Shown: in pieces, positions 9,917-19,461 of the stretch | Layout: every line of letters begins with the position of its first letter | Numbering within the stretch: position 1 is the first letter of the stretch | DNA from: an uncultured delta proteobacterium | GTDB taxonomy: Bacteria > Myxococcota > Myxococcia > Myxococcales > Myxococcaceae | DNA: 64,000 nucleotides | Assembly (NCBI GenBank): GCA_963713045.1 | Contig: CAVQKE010000003.1 | Coordinates: 1,056,001-1,120,000, forward strand | Reading direction: 5' to 3' | The notes under the pieces: generated by a model | What the model saw: the letters and a program-made list of their open reading frames with translations, nothing else | The model's database searches: none | Told to the model about the DNA's origin: nothing | Made by a program: the position numbers and the translations under genes

Positions 9917-10885
9917 CTACTTCGAGCTGTGAATGGCGGCCCGCAACTCCGGAAGCACCTTGAAAAGGTCGCCCACAATGCCGTAGTCCGCCACCTGAAA
10001 GATGGGAGCCTCCGGGTCCTTGTTGATGGCGACAATGACTTTGCTGCCCTTCATTCCCGCCAGGTGCTGGATGGCTCCGGAGATGCCGGCAGCGACATAC
10101 AGCTGGGGAGCCACCACCTTGCCCGTCTGGCCGACTTGCCAGTCGTTGGGAACCCAGCCCGCGTCGGCGGCAGCGCGCGAGGCGCCGACCGCAGCGCCGA
10201 GCTCGTCGGCCAGCGCCTCGACTTCCTTGAAGTCGCCTTTGGTTCCCCGGCCGCCGGAGATGACAATTCTGGCCTCGGTGAGCTCGGGCCGAGCGCTCTT
10301 CACTTCTTTGAAGTCGACAAAAACCGTGGGGCTGGGTGGCAGCGCCCCCACCGGGAAGACTTTCACCTCCGCCGGTGACTGCCCAGCCGCAGCCGCGGGA
10401 AATTCGGTGGCGCGAATGGTAAAGGCCTTGAGCGCCGTCTTCAGCTTGACGTCCGCGAGGACGGCGCCGGCCCACATCGGCCGGGTGAAGGCGACGTCCG
10501 CTCCGGAACCGGAGAAGGCCAGCACATCCGAAGCCATCGCCGCCCGCAGCCGAGCAGCCAAGCGTGGGAGCAAGTCACGCCCCTGCGCCGTCGCCGCGGC
10601 TCCAACGAAGTTCGCGCCGATGCTCTTCGCCAACTCGGCCAGCGGCGGGGTGTACGTCTCGGCCAGGTAGTGGACGAAGCCCGGCGAGGCAAGGGTGTGG
10701 ATGACTTTGGCCCCGACGTCCCGAAGCCGCCCGGTCAGCGGAGCCGGGTTGTCGGCGACCACCGCCAGGTGCAACTCGGCTTGGGCCTTGGCGGCGAGGT
10801 CTGCGCCGGCGGCCACGGCATGCAGGGTGGCCTTGCGCAACTGCCCGTCGGGTTGGCGCTCTGCGACGATGAGGACGACTGACAT
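9917..10885 (-). CDS. etfA: Electron transfer flavoprotein alpha subunit
   Basis: GASRAAAD, QVGQTGK, GISGAIQHLAG, AINKDPEAPIF. Confidence 0.97.
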   Translation of the reverse strand: MSVVLIVAERQPDGQLRKATLHAVAAGADLAAKAQAELHLAVVADNPAPLTGRLRDVGAKVIHTLASPGFVHYLAETYTPPLAELAKSIGANFVGAAATAQGRDLLPRLAARLRAAMASDVLAFSGSGADVAFTRPMWAGAVLADVKLKTALKAFTIRATEFPAAAAGQSPAEVKVFPVGALPPSPTVFVDFKEVKSARPELTEARIVISGGRGTKGDFKEVEALADELGAAVGASRAAADAGWVPNDWQVGQTGKVVAPQLYVAAGISGAIQHLAGMKGSKVIVAINKDPEAPIFQVADYGIVGDLFKVLPELRAAIHSSK

Positions 10886-10906
10886 GGCGCGTGGCTCCCC
10901 GACGGG

Positions 10907-11704
10907 CTAGAGGACTTTGGCTTCGTTCTTGAGCTTGAGAAAAAGCTCCTGGACGTCGCCCACCTTGACGCCGGCCTTGCGCGGCGGAGGTGGGGTGAGG
11001 CGCAGCACCTCCACTTGGAGGTTGACGTCCACGCCGAGGCCAGCCGGTGTCAGTTCCTCGACGGGCTTATTCTTGGCCTTCATGATGCCCGGCAATGAGG
11101 CGTAGCGAGGCTGGTTGAGGCGCAAGTCGGTGGTGACGACGGCCGGGAGAGTGCAAGCGAGGGTGGTCAGTCCGCTGTCGACTTCGCGCACCACCTGAAT
11201 GGTTTTCCCGTCGGCGGACAACTGCAGCGCCGGCGCCTTGGCCTTCTCTGCTTCGCTCTCCAGTGAGTCCAGCTTGGAGGCAAAGGTGGCTTGCCCCCAC
11301 CCGAGCCACTCCGCCAGGTATTGCCCGGTCTGCCCCTGGTCGTCGTCAATGGACTGCTTGCCGAGGATGCAGAGGTCGGGCTTCTCTTTGTCCACCACCT
11401 TCTGCAGGAGTCCGGCGGCCCCCATTGGGTCCAGTGGACCCGGGTGGTTCACCCACACCGCCCGCGCAGCGCCCATCGCCAATGCGTGGCGCAGCTGCTC
11501 CTGTACGTCCTTGGCGCCGATGGACACCACCACCACCTCACCTCCGTGCTTCGCGGTGAGACGGAGGCCCTCTTCCACGGCAATCTCGTCGAAGGGGTTC
11601 ATCTTGTACTTGAGGCCCTCCTGGACAATTCCCGAGCCGTCCGCCTTCACCTTGATTTTGGATTCGGGGTCTTCGACCCGCTTCGCGGTGACGAGGATTT
11701 TCAT
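10907..11704 (-). CDS. etfB: Electron transfer flavoprotein beta subunit
   Basis: MNPFDEIAVEE, ALAMGA, GKQSIDDD, NQPRYASLPGIMKAK. Confidence 0.97.
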   Translation of the reverse strand: MKILVTAKRVEDPESKIKVKADGSGIVQEGLKYKMNPFDEIAVEEGLRLTAKHGGEVVVVSIGAKDVQEQLRHALAMGAARAVWVNHPGPLDPMGAAGLLQKVVDKEKPDLCILGKQSIDDDQGQTGQYLAEWLGWGQATFASKLDSLESEAEKAKAPALQLSADGKTIQVVREVDSGLTTLACTLPAVVTTDLRLNQPRYASLPGIMKAKNKPVEELTPAGLGVDVNLQVEVLRLTPPPPRKAGVKVGDVQELFLKLKNEAKVL

Positions 11705-11750
11705 GGGCTTGGCTTCCTCGAGGTGCGTGACGCGCTGCGCAGCAGACGAG

Positions 11751-11785
11751 GGTTGATTTACGCGTCAACCGAGGCCGAATCAACC
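11751..11785. promoter_or_regulatory. Candidate operator/promoter upstream of etfB
   Basis: GGTTGA-N8-TCAACC palindrome (11751-11770) plus a second AATCAACC half-site (11778-11785); includes a TTGACG -35-like hexamer on the minus strand. Confidence 0.45.
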
Positions 11786-11858
11786 GTTTCTAAAAAGGGC
11801 GCTGCCACCCCGCGTCGGCCGCTGAGGCCGCAGCCGCGCAGGCGTCGTGAGGCCGCCG

Positions 11859-14603
11859 CTACGCCTCCTCGGGGTCGAGTTCCCACAGCTGAGCCGCCCC
11901 AACGTCATCGCGCGCCCTCCACCGCGAAAGCTCGTTTGCCGACAGCCCTGCCTGCGCTGGGGGCAGCTCCACCGCCAACCGCACCGCGGCACCGTCCCCG
12001 TCCTCGGCTGCGACCAGCTCGACCGCACGGGCGAGTGCTGGAGAGGCCAGCGCCAGTTCGCCTCGGAGGTCCCGGTAGGAGACGCCTCTGCCCGCAATGA
12101 CGGCGGCGCGGACACGAATGCCGGCGGCCCGCGCGGCGTAGGCCACTTCGCGCGCGAAGCGGAGGGTACGGACGGCGGCCCAGCCAGGCTCGTCCCCCTC
12201 CTCCTCGAAGCAGGCCGCCAAAAGGTAGGCTCCCATCTGCACGACGCTGGTCTGGCTCGAGCCAATCCAGGCCCGGGCCCGAAGCGCCGCCCGCGCCAGC
12301 ACTTCCTGCGCCGCTCCGGTGGCCGCGTTGGCGCCGGGGGGCGCCACGGCCAGGCCGAGGTAGGCCACCAGCGGCACCGACGGCCGCGGCCGGCCCGCCG
12401 TCAGCTGCTCGAGGACGGCTGGGTTTGGGTCGAGTGCCATGAAGGCCCTCAGCAGCGCGAGGTCCCGGCCAGTTTCGGGGATTTCGCCCCGCAGCAGGCG
12501 TTGCGGTCGGTCTGCCCCGCCCGGCGCCCCGTCCGGGGGCGGGCTGTCCAGTCGGCGCGCGCGCCTGTCCCACCACGGAAGCAAGACGGCGTTGGAGGCG
12601 GCAGGCGCCGGCACCCAGCGTCCTCCGCGCTCGAGCAGGACGTCGGCGTTGGCCAGCGCCTCGTAGCAAAGCCCGTCCATTGGAAGAAAGTGGACGCGTC
12701 GGACCGACTCGCCTTGGTCCAGCTCGTCCGTCACCGCCAGCGGGACGCGAAGGCACTCCTTCAGCTGGTCGGCCAAGCGCTCCTCGGTGAGGGTTTCCAG
12801 CTCGGCCACGAAGACGCCGACTCTCCTCCACTCGGAGGCCATGGCACGCACCTCGTCGGTCAGCACCCGGAAGACGTCGAAAAGCGAGGCCAGGCGCTCG
12901 GCTTCCCGGACCACGAGGGCCACGAGTTCTCGCAGACGCTGACGAATCTCTTCCAGGCGCTCGGGACGTACCAGGTATTCCAGGCCATCAAATTCCATCG
13001 CCGAGACGTCACGCGGCTCGAGCGCGCGCAGGCAGCTGCGAACCGAAACGTAGGTGACGCCTTCGATGAGGGCGGCGCGCTCGCCCGAGGCCTGTCGGGC
13101 TTGCAGGTGGACCGGTAGCGCCCTCCTCAGAAGGGCCCGCTGCTGGGAGAAGCGCGCTCCAGCCAAGAAGGGCTCCCCCTCCTGATAGAGCTGAGCATCC
13201 AAGGGCAGCCGCCCCGCGCGAAACAGCGCCCCGACCACATGCGAAAGCGGTCCGCCCACCGACGTGGTGAAGGCCATGTCGCCCTGGCTGGCTGGACCAG
13301 GGAGCTCCGCAACGTCGGTCCGCCGGAGGTAGCGGCGGTCTCCAGAGAAAATGTGGTGCGTCTTATTGACTTGAACCAGGCCGGACGCACCCAGGGCGTG
13401 GCCAAAGGTCAACAGTCCCCCGTAGGGATTGGACCACCCATCTCGAATTCGGTCCGTTGCCTGCTCCCAGCCGAACCCCAGCGAGAGGAGGAAGGCGAGC
13501 TCGATGCTGGGGAAAGCGTCATGGACGACGGCGAAGGAGCAGGCCGGTAATGTGCTCAGCGGTACCCGGGCGTCATCCGCGGTGGCAGCCAATGCCTCCC
13601 GTGTCGCCGTCGCGAAGACCAGCGGGGACTGACGGCGCAGGAAGCTCGAGTTGCTTGAGCCCTCGCCCACCCCCAGCGCCTCCACCACGGGACCGCCCGG
13701 GAAGCGTGGAAGCTGGGCCCGGGCCACTTGTGCAACCAGCTCCTCATCCGAGGTGACGATGGTGGCGGCCGCACCGCAGCAGGGCGCGGCGATGTCCGTC
13801 CCGTCGAAGTACGGCGTGCGGCGGGCGCTTCGCTTGGCGGTGCGGCCCGACTGCATCGCCGCCGGGTAGGCTTGGGCCCCGAGGAATTTCCGCTCCGAGA
13901 CGCGGGCCAGAAATTCTTCCACCTGCGTCCGGGTCTGCCCGAAGCAGCGGCGCATCGCATCCATCAGCAGGTCACCCACCACCAGCATGTCCAACCCTCG
14001 CGCCTGGTCCTCTTCTCCGAGGACGGTGCGAATCTGGTACTGCGAGGCGTAGCCGGACGGGATGACTTGCCCCGCCACCACCAGCACGGTGGCTGGGCGC
14101 TCGGAGGTTCGGGCAGCGCGGACGGCCTGGGCGAAGGCCCAGGCCCCGCTGTCACTGGTGCCAACCACGAATTGGCACCCCGCCCGCCGCGAAAGGCCCA
14201 GCTGTGCCTGCAGCATCTGCGGCACCAGGCCAATATTCATCCGCTCGTTGGGGTCAAGTCCCGGCATCGAGGTGACCACCAAGTCGGTGACGCGCTCGCA
14301 GGTCCGCCGGTAGACGGGCTCTCCGAGCAAGGTGTGCAGGGTAGAAAGGGCGCGGTGGGCTGAGGAGGCGAGGAGGTCCACCAGCCCAATGGGCGAGGAG
14401 TAGCCGAAGTCTCGCTCCCAGTCTTCTGGCTTGGCCCGGCCGTCCTCGGAGCGGTTGGGGTAGCGGAAAAAGAGTCTGCTCAATTCCTCGGGCGGGGGCT
14501 CTGGAGCGGGGTCCGCTAGCCAAGCCGCGGAGCGCTGCTCGGGGCGAAGGTAGCGCGGGTTGGCGCTGTACTCTCCGGCGATGACGTAAACGCGGCGACG
14601 CAT
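11859..14603 (-). CDS. Thiolase-superfamily protein (no catalytic Cys) fused to a degenerate class III nucleotidyl-cyclase-like domain
   Basis: SCP2/archaeal-type thiolase motifs GTSDSGAWA, CGAAATIVTS, VHDAFP, NPYGGLLTFGHALGASG; C-terminal QMGAYLLAAC / IRVRAAVIAG / ALARAVEL resembles the cyclase fold. Confidence 0.7.
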   Translation of the reverse strand: MRRRVYVIAGEYSANPRYLRPEQRSAAWLADPAPEPPPEELSRLFFRYPNRSEDGRAKPEDWERDFGYSSPIGLVDLLASSAHRALSTLHTLLGEPVYRRTCERVTDLVVTSMPGLDPNERMNIGLVPQMLQAQLGLSRRAGCQFVVGTSDSGAWAFAQAVRAARTSERPATVLVVAGQVIPSGYASQYQIRTVLGEEDQARGLDMLVVGDLLMDAMRRCFGQTRTQVEEFLARVSERKFLGAQAYPAAMQSGRTAKRSARRTPYFDGTDIAAPCCGAAATIVTSDEELVAQVARAQLPRFPGGPVVEALGVGEGSSNSSFLRRQSPLVFATATREALAATADDARVPLSTLPACSFAVVHDAFPSIELAFLLSLGFGWEQATDRIRDGWSNPYGGLLTFGHALGASGLVQVNKTHHIFSGDRRYLRRTDVAELPGPASQGDMAFTTSVGGPLSHVVGALFRAGRLPLDAQLYQEGEPFLAGARFSQQRALLRRALPVHLQARQASGERAALIEGVTYVSVRSCLRALEPRDVSAMEFDGLEYLVRPERLEEIRQRLRELVALVVREAERLASLFDVFRVLTDEVRAMASEWRRVGVFVAELETLTEERLADQLKECLRVPLAVTDELDQGESVRRVHFLPMDGLCYEALANADVLLERGGRWVPAPAASNAVLLPWWDRRARRLDSPPPDGAPGGADRPQRLLRGEIPETGRDLALLRAFMALDPNPAVLEQLTAGRPRPSVPLVAYLGLAVAPPGANAATGAAQEVLARAALRARAWIGSSQTSVVQMGAYLLAACFEEEGDEPGWAAVRTLRFAREVAYAARAAGIRVRAAVIAGRGVSYRDLRGELALASPALARAVELVAAEDGDGAAVRLAVELPPAQAGLSANELSRWRARDDVGAAQLWELDPEEA

Positions 14604-14857
14604 CTGCAAGGTCACCAGACCACGGCACTTGGGTGAAGGACCAGTCGAAGCGACGGGACTGCTGCACCCGTCCAATGGCGAGACGGCACGCGCGCGAACA
14701 GGGGCTTTCCTATTTTGGGTTGGGTGGTCCTCCTTTCGAGCTGGCTGGTGGCCGCTCGTGGACTGTCTTGTCGCAGTGCAGCAGCGCCATTTTGATTGGA
14801 AGCCCTGCTTCCGTGGTACGGAGGCAGCGCTGTTACTGCGAAGGGAGGCTTGTCCCT

Positions 14858-16067
14858 GTGAAGCTCCTCGGTGCGTTCGGAAAGAGTCTGCTCGCGGTTC
14901 TGCTGTTCCTCCCGTCGGCCTACGCCCAGGACGTGGTGCGCCTCGGCGCGGTGCTGCCGGTCACCGGGAAGGAGTCGAAAATCGGCAGCGCCTACAAACA
15001 GGCCACCGAGCTGGCGGTGAAGGAGGTCAACGACGCGGGCGGTGTGCTGGTGGGCGGGAAGAAGTTGAAAATCGAGCTGAGCCTTTTGGACGACACCTCG
15101 GATGCGGCAAAGAGCGCCCAGTTGGTCGAACAGCTCATCACCGAAGCCAAAGTGCACGCCGTCATCGGCGGCTATGGCTCGCAGCTGGTCCAGGCACAGT
15201 CGGTGGTTCCCGAACGCTACGGAATTCCGTTCATCACCGGCGGTGCCGGAGCGACCAGCATCTACGGACGCAGCAAGTGGGTTTTCGGCACCCTCTCTCC
15301 GGTGGAGCATCTGGCCCGCACCCAGATGGAATTCCTCCAGGACCTGGTCACCAGCGGGAAGTTGAAAGCTCCGCTGTCGATTGCCCTCATTACCGAGCAG
15401 ACCGAGCACGGGAACGACTACGCCAAGGGCGTGAAGGAGTACGTCGCCGCTCACCCTGGGGTGTGGAACATCCCGCTCGAACAGAAGTTCGAGCTTTACA
15501 CGACTGACTACCGTCCTCTCCTCGGGCGGGTTCAGGCAGCCAAGGCCGACCTCTTCATGGCCGACGCGCATCTCGAGGACTTCATCAGCATGCAGCGGAC
15601 GTATGCCCAGATGGGCTTACGCAATCAGATGATTACCTACGGCGCCCGGGGCGCCGATGAAAAGGCGCGCAAGGGGCTGGGGCCGGCGGTGGACTACATC
15701 TTCGCCAGCGGCTGGTGGTCGGGCCTCCTCCCCTACCCTCAGGTCAAGGCTTTCAACGCCCGCTACAAGGCGGCCACCGGCGTCACGCCGGAGTGGTACC
15801 ACGCCCTGGCCTACGAGACAGTTCCGAGCGCTGCTGGTCGCACTGCACGACGCCGGCTCGCTGGAGCCGGAGAAAGTGCGCAGTGCGCTGGTGCATTTGC
15901 GTCTCACCGACTCCATCCTCCCTGGCGGCGTGCTGTTTTTTACCAGCAGCGGGCAGGCCGACCTCCCCTTCGTCGTGACCCAGAACAAACCCGGCGGCAA
16001 GGTGGACCTGGTCTGGCCCAAGGACTCCAAGACTGGCGATACGGTTGCCCCCATTCCCTGGCCGTGA
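14858..16067 (+). CDS. Branched-chain amino acid-type ABC substrate-binding protein (LivK-like); one extra base at about 15822-15825
   Basis: Signal peptide; LGAVLPVTG, VNDAGGV, IGGYGS; reads AYETV then continues RALLVAL in another frame to the stop at 16067. Confidence 0.85.
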
Positions 16068-16984
16068 GTGTCTAGGTCTGTGGAGCGGCTCGCTTCGGTT
16101 CTGTTGAGCTCGCTGCTGTCAGCCGGTCTGTACGCCGTCATGGCTTACGGGCTGGCCGTCATCTACGGCGTGATGCGCATCATCAACCTTGCGCACGCTG
16201 GGCTGATGATGCTCGGGGCCTACGTCACGTTGACGCTCAACACCCGCTTCGCGCTGGACCCATTCCTGACCCTGCTGGTGGTGGCGCCGCTTTTTTTCGG
16301 CTTCGGCGTTCTTCTGGATTTGACGCTCGTCCGCCGGCTGCCTCAAGGCGGCCACGCGCCCTCGATTCAGTCGCTGTTGCTGCTGTTCGGGCTTTGGTTG
16401 GTGCTGCAGAATCTGGCCTACGTCATCTGGGGCGGCGACACCCAGTCCATCTTCACCCCCTACACGATGTCCTCGGTGGCACTGCTCGGGCAACGCTACG
16501 GCGTCCCGTTGCTGCTGGTCTTCGCCGTCAGCCTCCTGTCCCTGGTGGGGCTCAATCTGGTGCTGCGGCGCAGCTTTCTCGGGAAGGCCATCCGCGCGGT
16601 GACACAGAACCGCGACGCGGCGCTGCTGTCCGGAGTGAATGCGGACCGTATCTCGGCAGTGGCCTTTGGGCTTGGGACCGCGTTCGCGGCCATCGCTGGA
16701 ACCATGCTCAGTACCCTCTACGCCTTCACCCCGGACTTCGGTCGAAGCTTCCTGCTGAAATCCTTCTGCATCATCGTGCTGGGGGGCTCGAAAGTTTTAC
16801 CGGAGTGGCCCTCGGCGCATTGGTGCTGGCGCTCATCGAAAACCTGGTGGCCGCCTACACCAGCATTCCGACCTCTTTTCAGGACGCCATCAGCTTTTCG
16901 CTTTTGGTCTTGGTGCTGGTGGCGGCGCCCAACGGGCTGCCCGCGCTGTTGCGCAGTTTCTCGCGTCGGGCGGTCGCCCGGTGA
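16068..16984 (+). CDS. livH: Branched-chain ABC permease LivH; one base missing in G6 run 16781-16786
   Basis: GLAVIYGVMRIINLAH, GKAIRAVTQNRDAA; IIVLG then GLESFTG in the other frame. Confidence 0.85.
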
Positions 16985-17931
16985 GACGCAGCGGCTTGTG
17001 GTTGGCCCTGCTGGCCGCCGCGCTGCTGCTGGCGCCGCTGGTCGCCCAGCGGGGCACCCTCAATGACTTGTGGAACGCCGCCTTTGCGGTGGTGCTCGCC
17101 TCGGCGTGGAACCTCCTCGGAGGCTTCGCCGGTCAAATCTCACTCGGCTATTCCGCCTTTGTCGGCATTGGCGCCTACACCACGGTGCTGCTGGCCAACG
17201 CTGGCTGGAACCCCTGGCTGACGCTTCCGTTGGCCGCCGCGCTGTCGGTGTTGTTCAGCGTCGTGGTGGGGTTGCCTACCTTTCGCCTGCGCGGACCGTA
17301 TTTCTCCATCGCCACCATCGGCGTCGGCGAAGCGGTGCGCGTCATCGCCTCGGGCATGGAGTTCACCGGAGGCTCAAGTGGCCTGCGGATGCCCTCCAGC
17401 GACTTTCACTTCCTTCCCAATTACTACGGCATGGCCGCCCTGGCGCTGGTGACGGTGGGCCTGGTGGCTTGGGTCCGCGTCAGCCCCTTCGGCCTCGCCC
17501 TGGCGGCCATTCGTCAGGACATCGACGCCGCCGAGGCGGTGGGCATCAACTCCACCCGCTACAAGCTTTTGGCCCACGCGCTGTCCGCGGCCCTGGTAGG
17601 CGCCGCCGGGGGGCTGTTCGCGATGAATTTTCAGTACATCTCCCCGGGCAGCGTCTTCGACTTCCGACTCTCTTTAAACATCGTCCTCATGCCCATCGTC
17701 GGGGGCATCGGCACCTTGGTCGGTCCGGTGCTGGGCGCGGTGCTTTTCAGCTACCTGCAAATCAAACTTCTCGCCAGCCCGCTGCTGCGCGACAGCTACC
17801 TCTTCATCTACGGAGGGTTGCTGATGCTGGTGATGCTGTTCGAGCCGCGCGGCCTGGTTGGGCTGTGGGAGCGCCTGTCGCGGCTTGGGCGCCGGACGAA
17901 TGCTGCGGCGGAGGCCTCGCGTGGCGGCTGA
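16981..17931 (+). CDS. livM: Branched-chain ABC permease LivM
   Basis: WNLLGGFAGQISLG, RLRGPYFSIAT, GGIGTLVGP. Confidence 0.92.
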   Translation: MRRSGLWLALLAAALLLAPLVAQRGTLNDLWNAAFAVVLASAWNLLGGFAGQISLGYSAFVGIGAYTTVLLANAGWNPWLTLPLAAALSVLFSVVVGLPTFRLRGPYFSIATIGVGEAVRVIASGMEFTGGSSGLRMPSSDFHFLPNYYGMAALALVTVGLVAWVRVSPFGLALAAIRQDIDAAEAVGINSTRYKLLAHALSAALVGAAGGLFAMNFQYISPGSVFDFRLSLNIVLMPIVGGIGTLVGPVLGAVLFSYLQIKLLASPLLRDSYLFIYGGLLMLVMLFEPRGLVGLWERLSRLGRRTNAAAEASRGG

Positions 17932-18667
17932 GCCCATTCTCGAGGTGCAGGGCCTGGGCAAGCGCTTCGGCGGCCTGGTGGCGCTCGACGGGGTCAGCTT
18001 CCAGGTGGAACCGGGCGCCATTTTCAGCGTCATCGGTCCCAACGGAGCCGGTAAAACCACTCTCTTTTCGTGTTTGGTGGGAAGCGTGAAGCCCACCGCG
18101 GGGAGCATCCGCTTCAAAGGACACGAGATTGCCGGACTGCGCAATGACCAAGTGGTTCAGCGCGGTCTTGTACGGACCCACCAAATTGTGCGGCCCTTTC
18201 GGGAGATGACGGTCGCCGACAACGTCGCGGTGGGAAGCCTCTTCGGCAGCCGCCACCGCCGAGGGGCCGACGCCAAAGCGCGGGTGACGCAGGTGCTGGA
18301 GCGCGCCGGCCTCGGTGCCCGGGCCAACGCGCTCGCCAGCACCCTCTCCATCGGCGACTTGAAACGCTTGGAGATTGCCCGGGCGCTGGCCACCGAGCCG
18401 GCAGTCCTCTGCCTGGACGAGGTGATGGGGGGCCTCAACCCGGTGGAAATTGAAGGGGCGATGCAGCTCATCCGCGACATTCGCGCAAGCGGCGTCACGG
18501 TGCTGATGATTGAGCACCACGTCCACGCGGTGCTCGGCGTCTCCGACCGGGTGTTGGTGCTCAACTTTGGACGGACCATTGCCCAAGGGGCCCCCCAGCA
18601 AGCGCTTCGCGACCCGGCGGTGGTGGCGGCCTACCTTGGCGACGAGGCCGTGGGAGCGCCGGCGTGA
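17921..18667 (+). CDS. livG: ABC ATPase LivG
   Basis: KRFGGLVAL, Walker A GPNGAGKTT, LDEVMGG, IEHH. Confidence 0.92.
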   Translation: MAAEPILEVQGLGKRFGGLVALDGVSFQVEPGAIFSVIGPNGAGKTTLFSCLVGSVKPTAGSIRFKGHEIAGLRNDQVVQRGLVRTHQIVRPFREMTVADNVAVGSLFGSRHRRGADAKARVTQVLERAGLGARANALASTLSIGDLKRLEIARALATEPAVLCLDEVMGGLNPVEIEGAMQLIRDIRASGVTVLMIEHHVHAVLGVSDRVLVLNFGRTIAQGAPQQALRDPAVVAAYLGDEAVGAPA

Positions 18668-19383
18668 ACGCCCTCCAGGTCGAGCGGATGGACGTCTTCT
18701 ACGGAGGAGTCCAAGCCGTCTGGAACGTCTCCTTCCAGGTGGAGGCCGGGGAGATTGTCACGCTGGTGGGCGCCAATGGCGCCGGGAAGACCACCACCCT
18801 GCGGACGCTGGCTGGACTGCTCCGGCCGCGGACGGGGCGGATTCTCTTCGAAGGGCGCGACGTGGCCGGCTTGCCGGCCAACCAATTGGTGGCCCAAGGC
18901 CTGGTCCTGATTCCGGAGGCCAGGCAGCTGTGGCCCACCATGAGCGTGCGCGACAACCTGGAGATGGGGGCTTATGCCCGTGCCGCCCGCGCCGAGCGCC
19001 ACCGGACGCTGCAGACCGTCCTCGAGATGTTTCCCAGCCTCCACAAGCGCCTCCATCAACCGGCCGGCACGCTCAGTGGCGGCGAGCAGCAGATGTGCGC
19101 CATTGGCCGGGGGTTGATGGCGCGCCCTCGGCTGTTGATGTTGGACGAGCCGGCCCTGGGGCTTGCCCCGAAGCTGGTGCGTCAAGTCTTCGCGGCGCTC
19201 AAGGAAATTAATGGCCGCGGCGTCACGCTGCTGCTGGTGGAGCAAAACGTCCAGCACGCGCTGCGCCTCGCCCACCGGGCCTACGTCCTGGAGACCGGGC
19301 GCGTCACTCTGGAGGGCACCGGGGCCGCACTGTTGGACGACGCGCGCGTGCGCCAGCGCTTCCTCGGGGAGGCTGCCCTGTAA
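18664..19383 (+). CDS. livF: ABC ATPase LivF
   Basis: GANGAGKTT, LSGGEQQM, LDEPALGLAP, VEQN. Confidence 0.93.
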   Translation: MNALQVERMDVFYGGVQAVWNVSFQVEAGEIVTLVGANGAGKTTTLRTLAGLLRPRTGRILFEGRDVAGLPANQLVAQGLVLIPEARQLWPTMSVRDNLEMGAYARAARAERHRTLQTVLEMFPSLHKRLHQPAGTLSGGEQQMCAIGRGLMARPRLLMLDEPALGLAPKLVRQVFAALKEINGRGVTLLLVEQNVQHALRLAHRAYVLETGRVTLEGTGAALLDDARVRQRFLGEAAL

Positions 19384-19461
19384 GGGCCGAAAGCCGCAGC
19401 CGGGGCGCTGTTGGCGCTGGCATCAGCCTGCCTGCCCGGGCTACAAGCCAAAGAGCCTCCA

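Noticed and set aside
14660..14827. 9-bp long-range inverted repeat and 10-bp hairpin upstream of the LIV binding protein
   Set aside because: No U-tract, leader peptide or recognisable aptamer; compatible with chance at this GC
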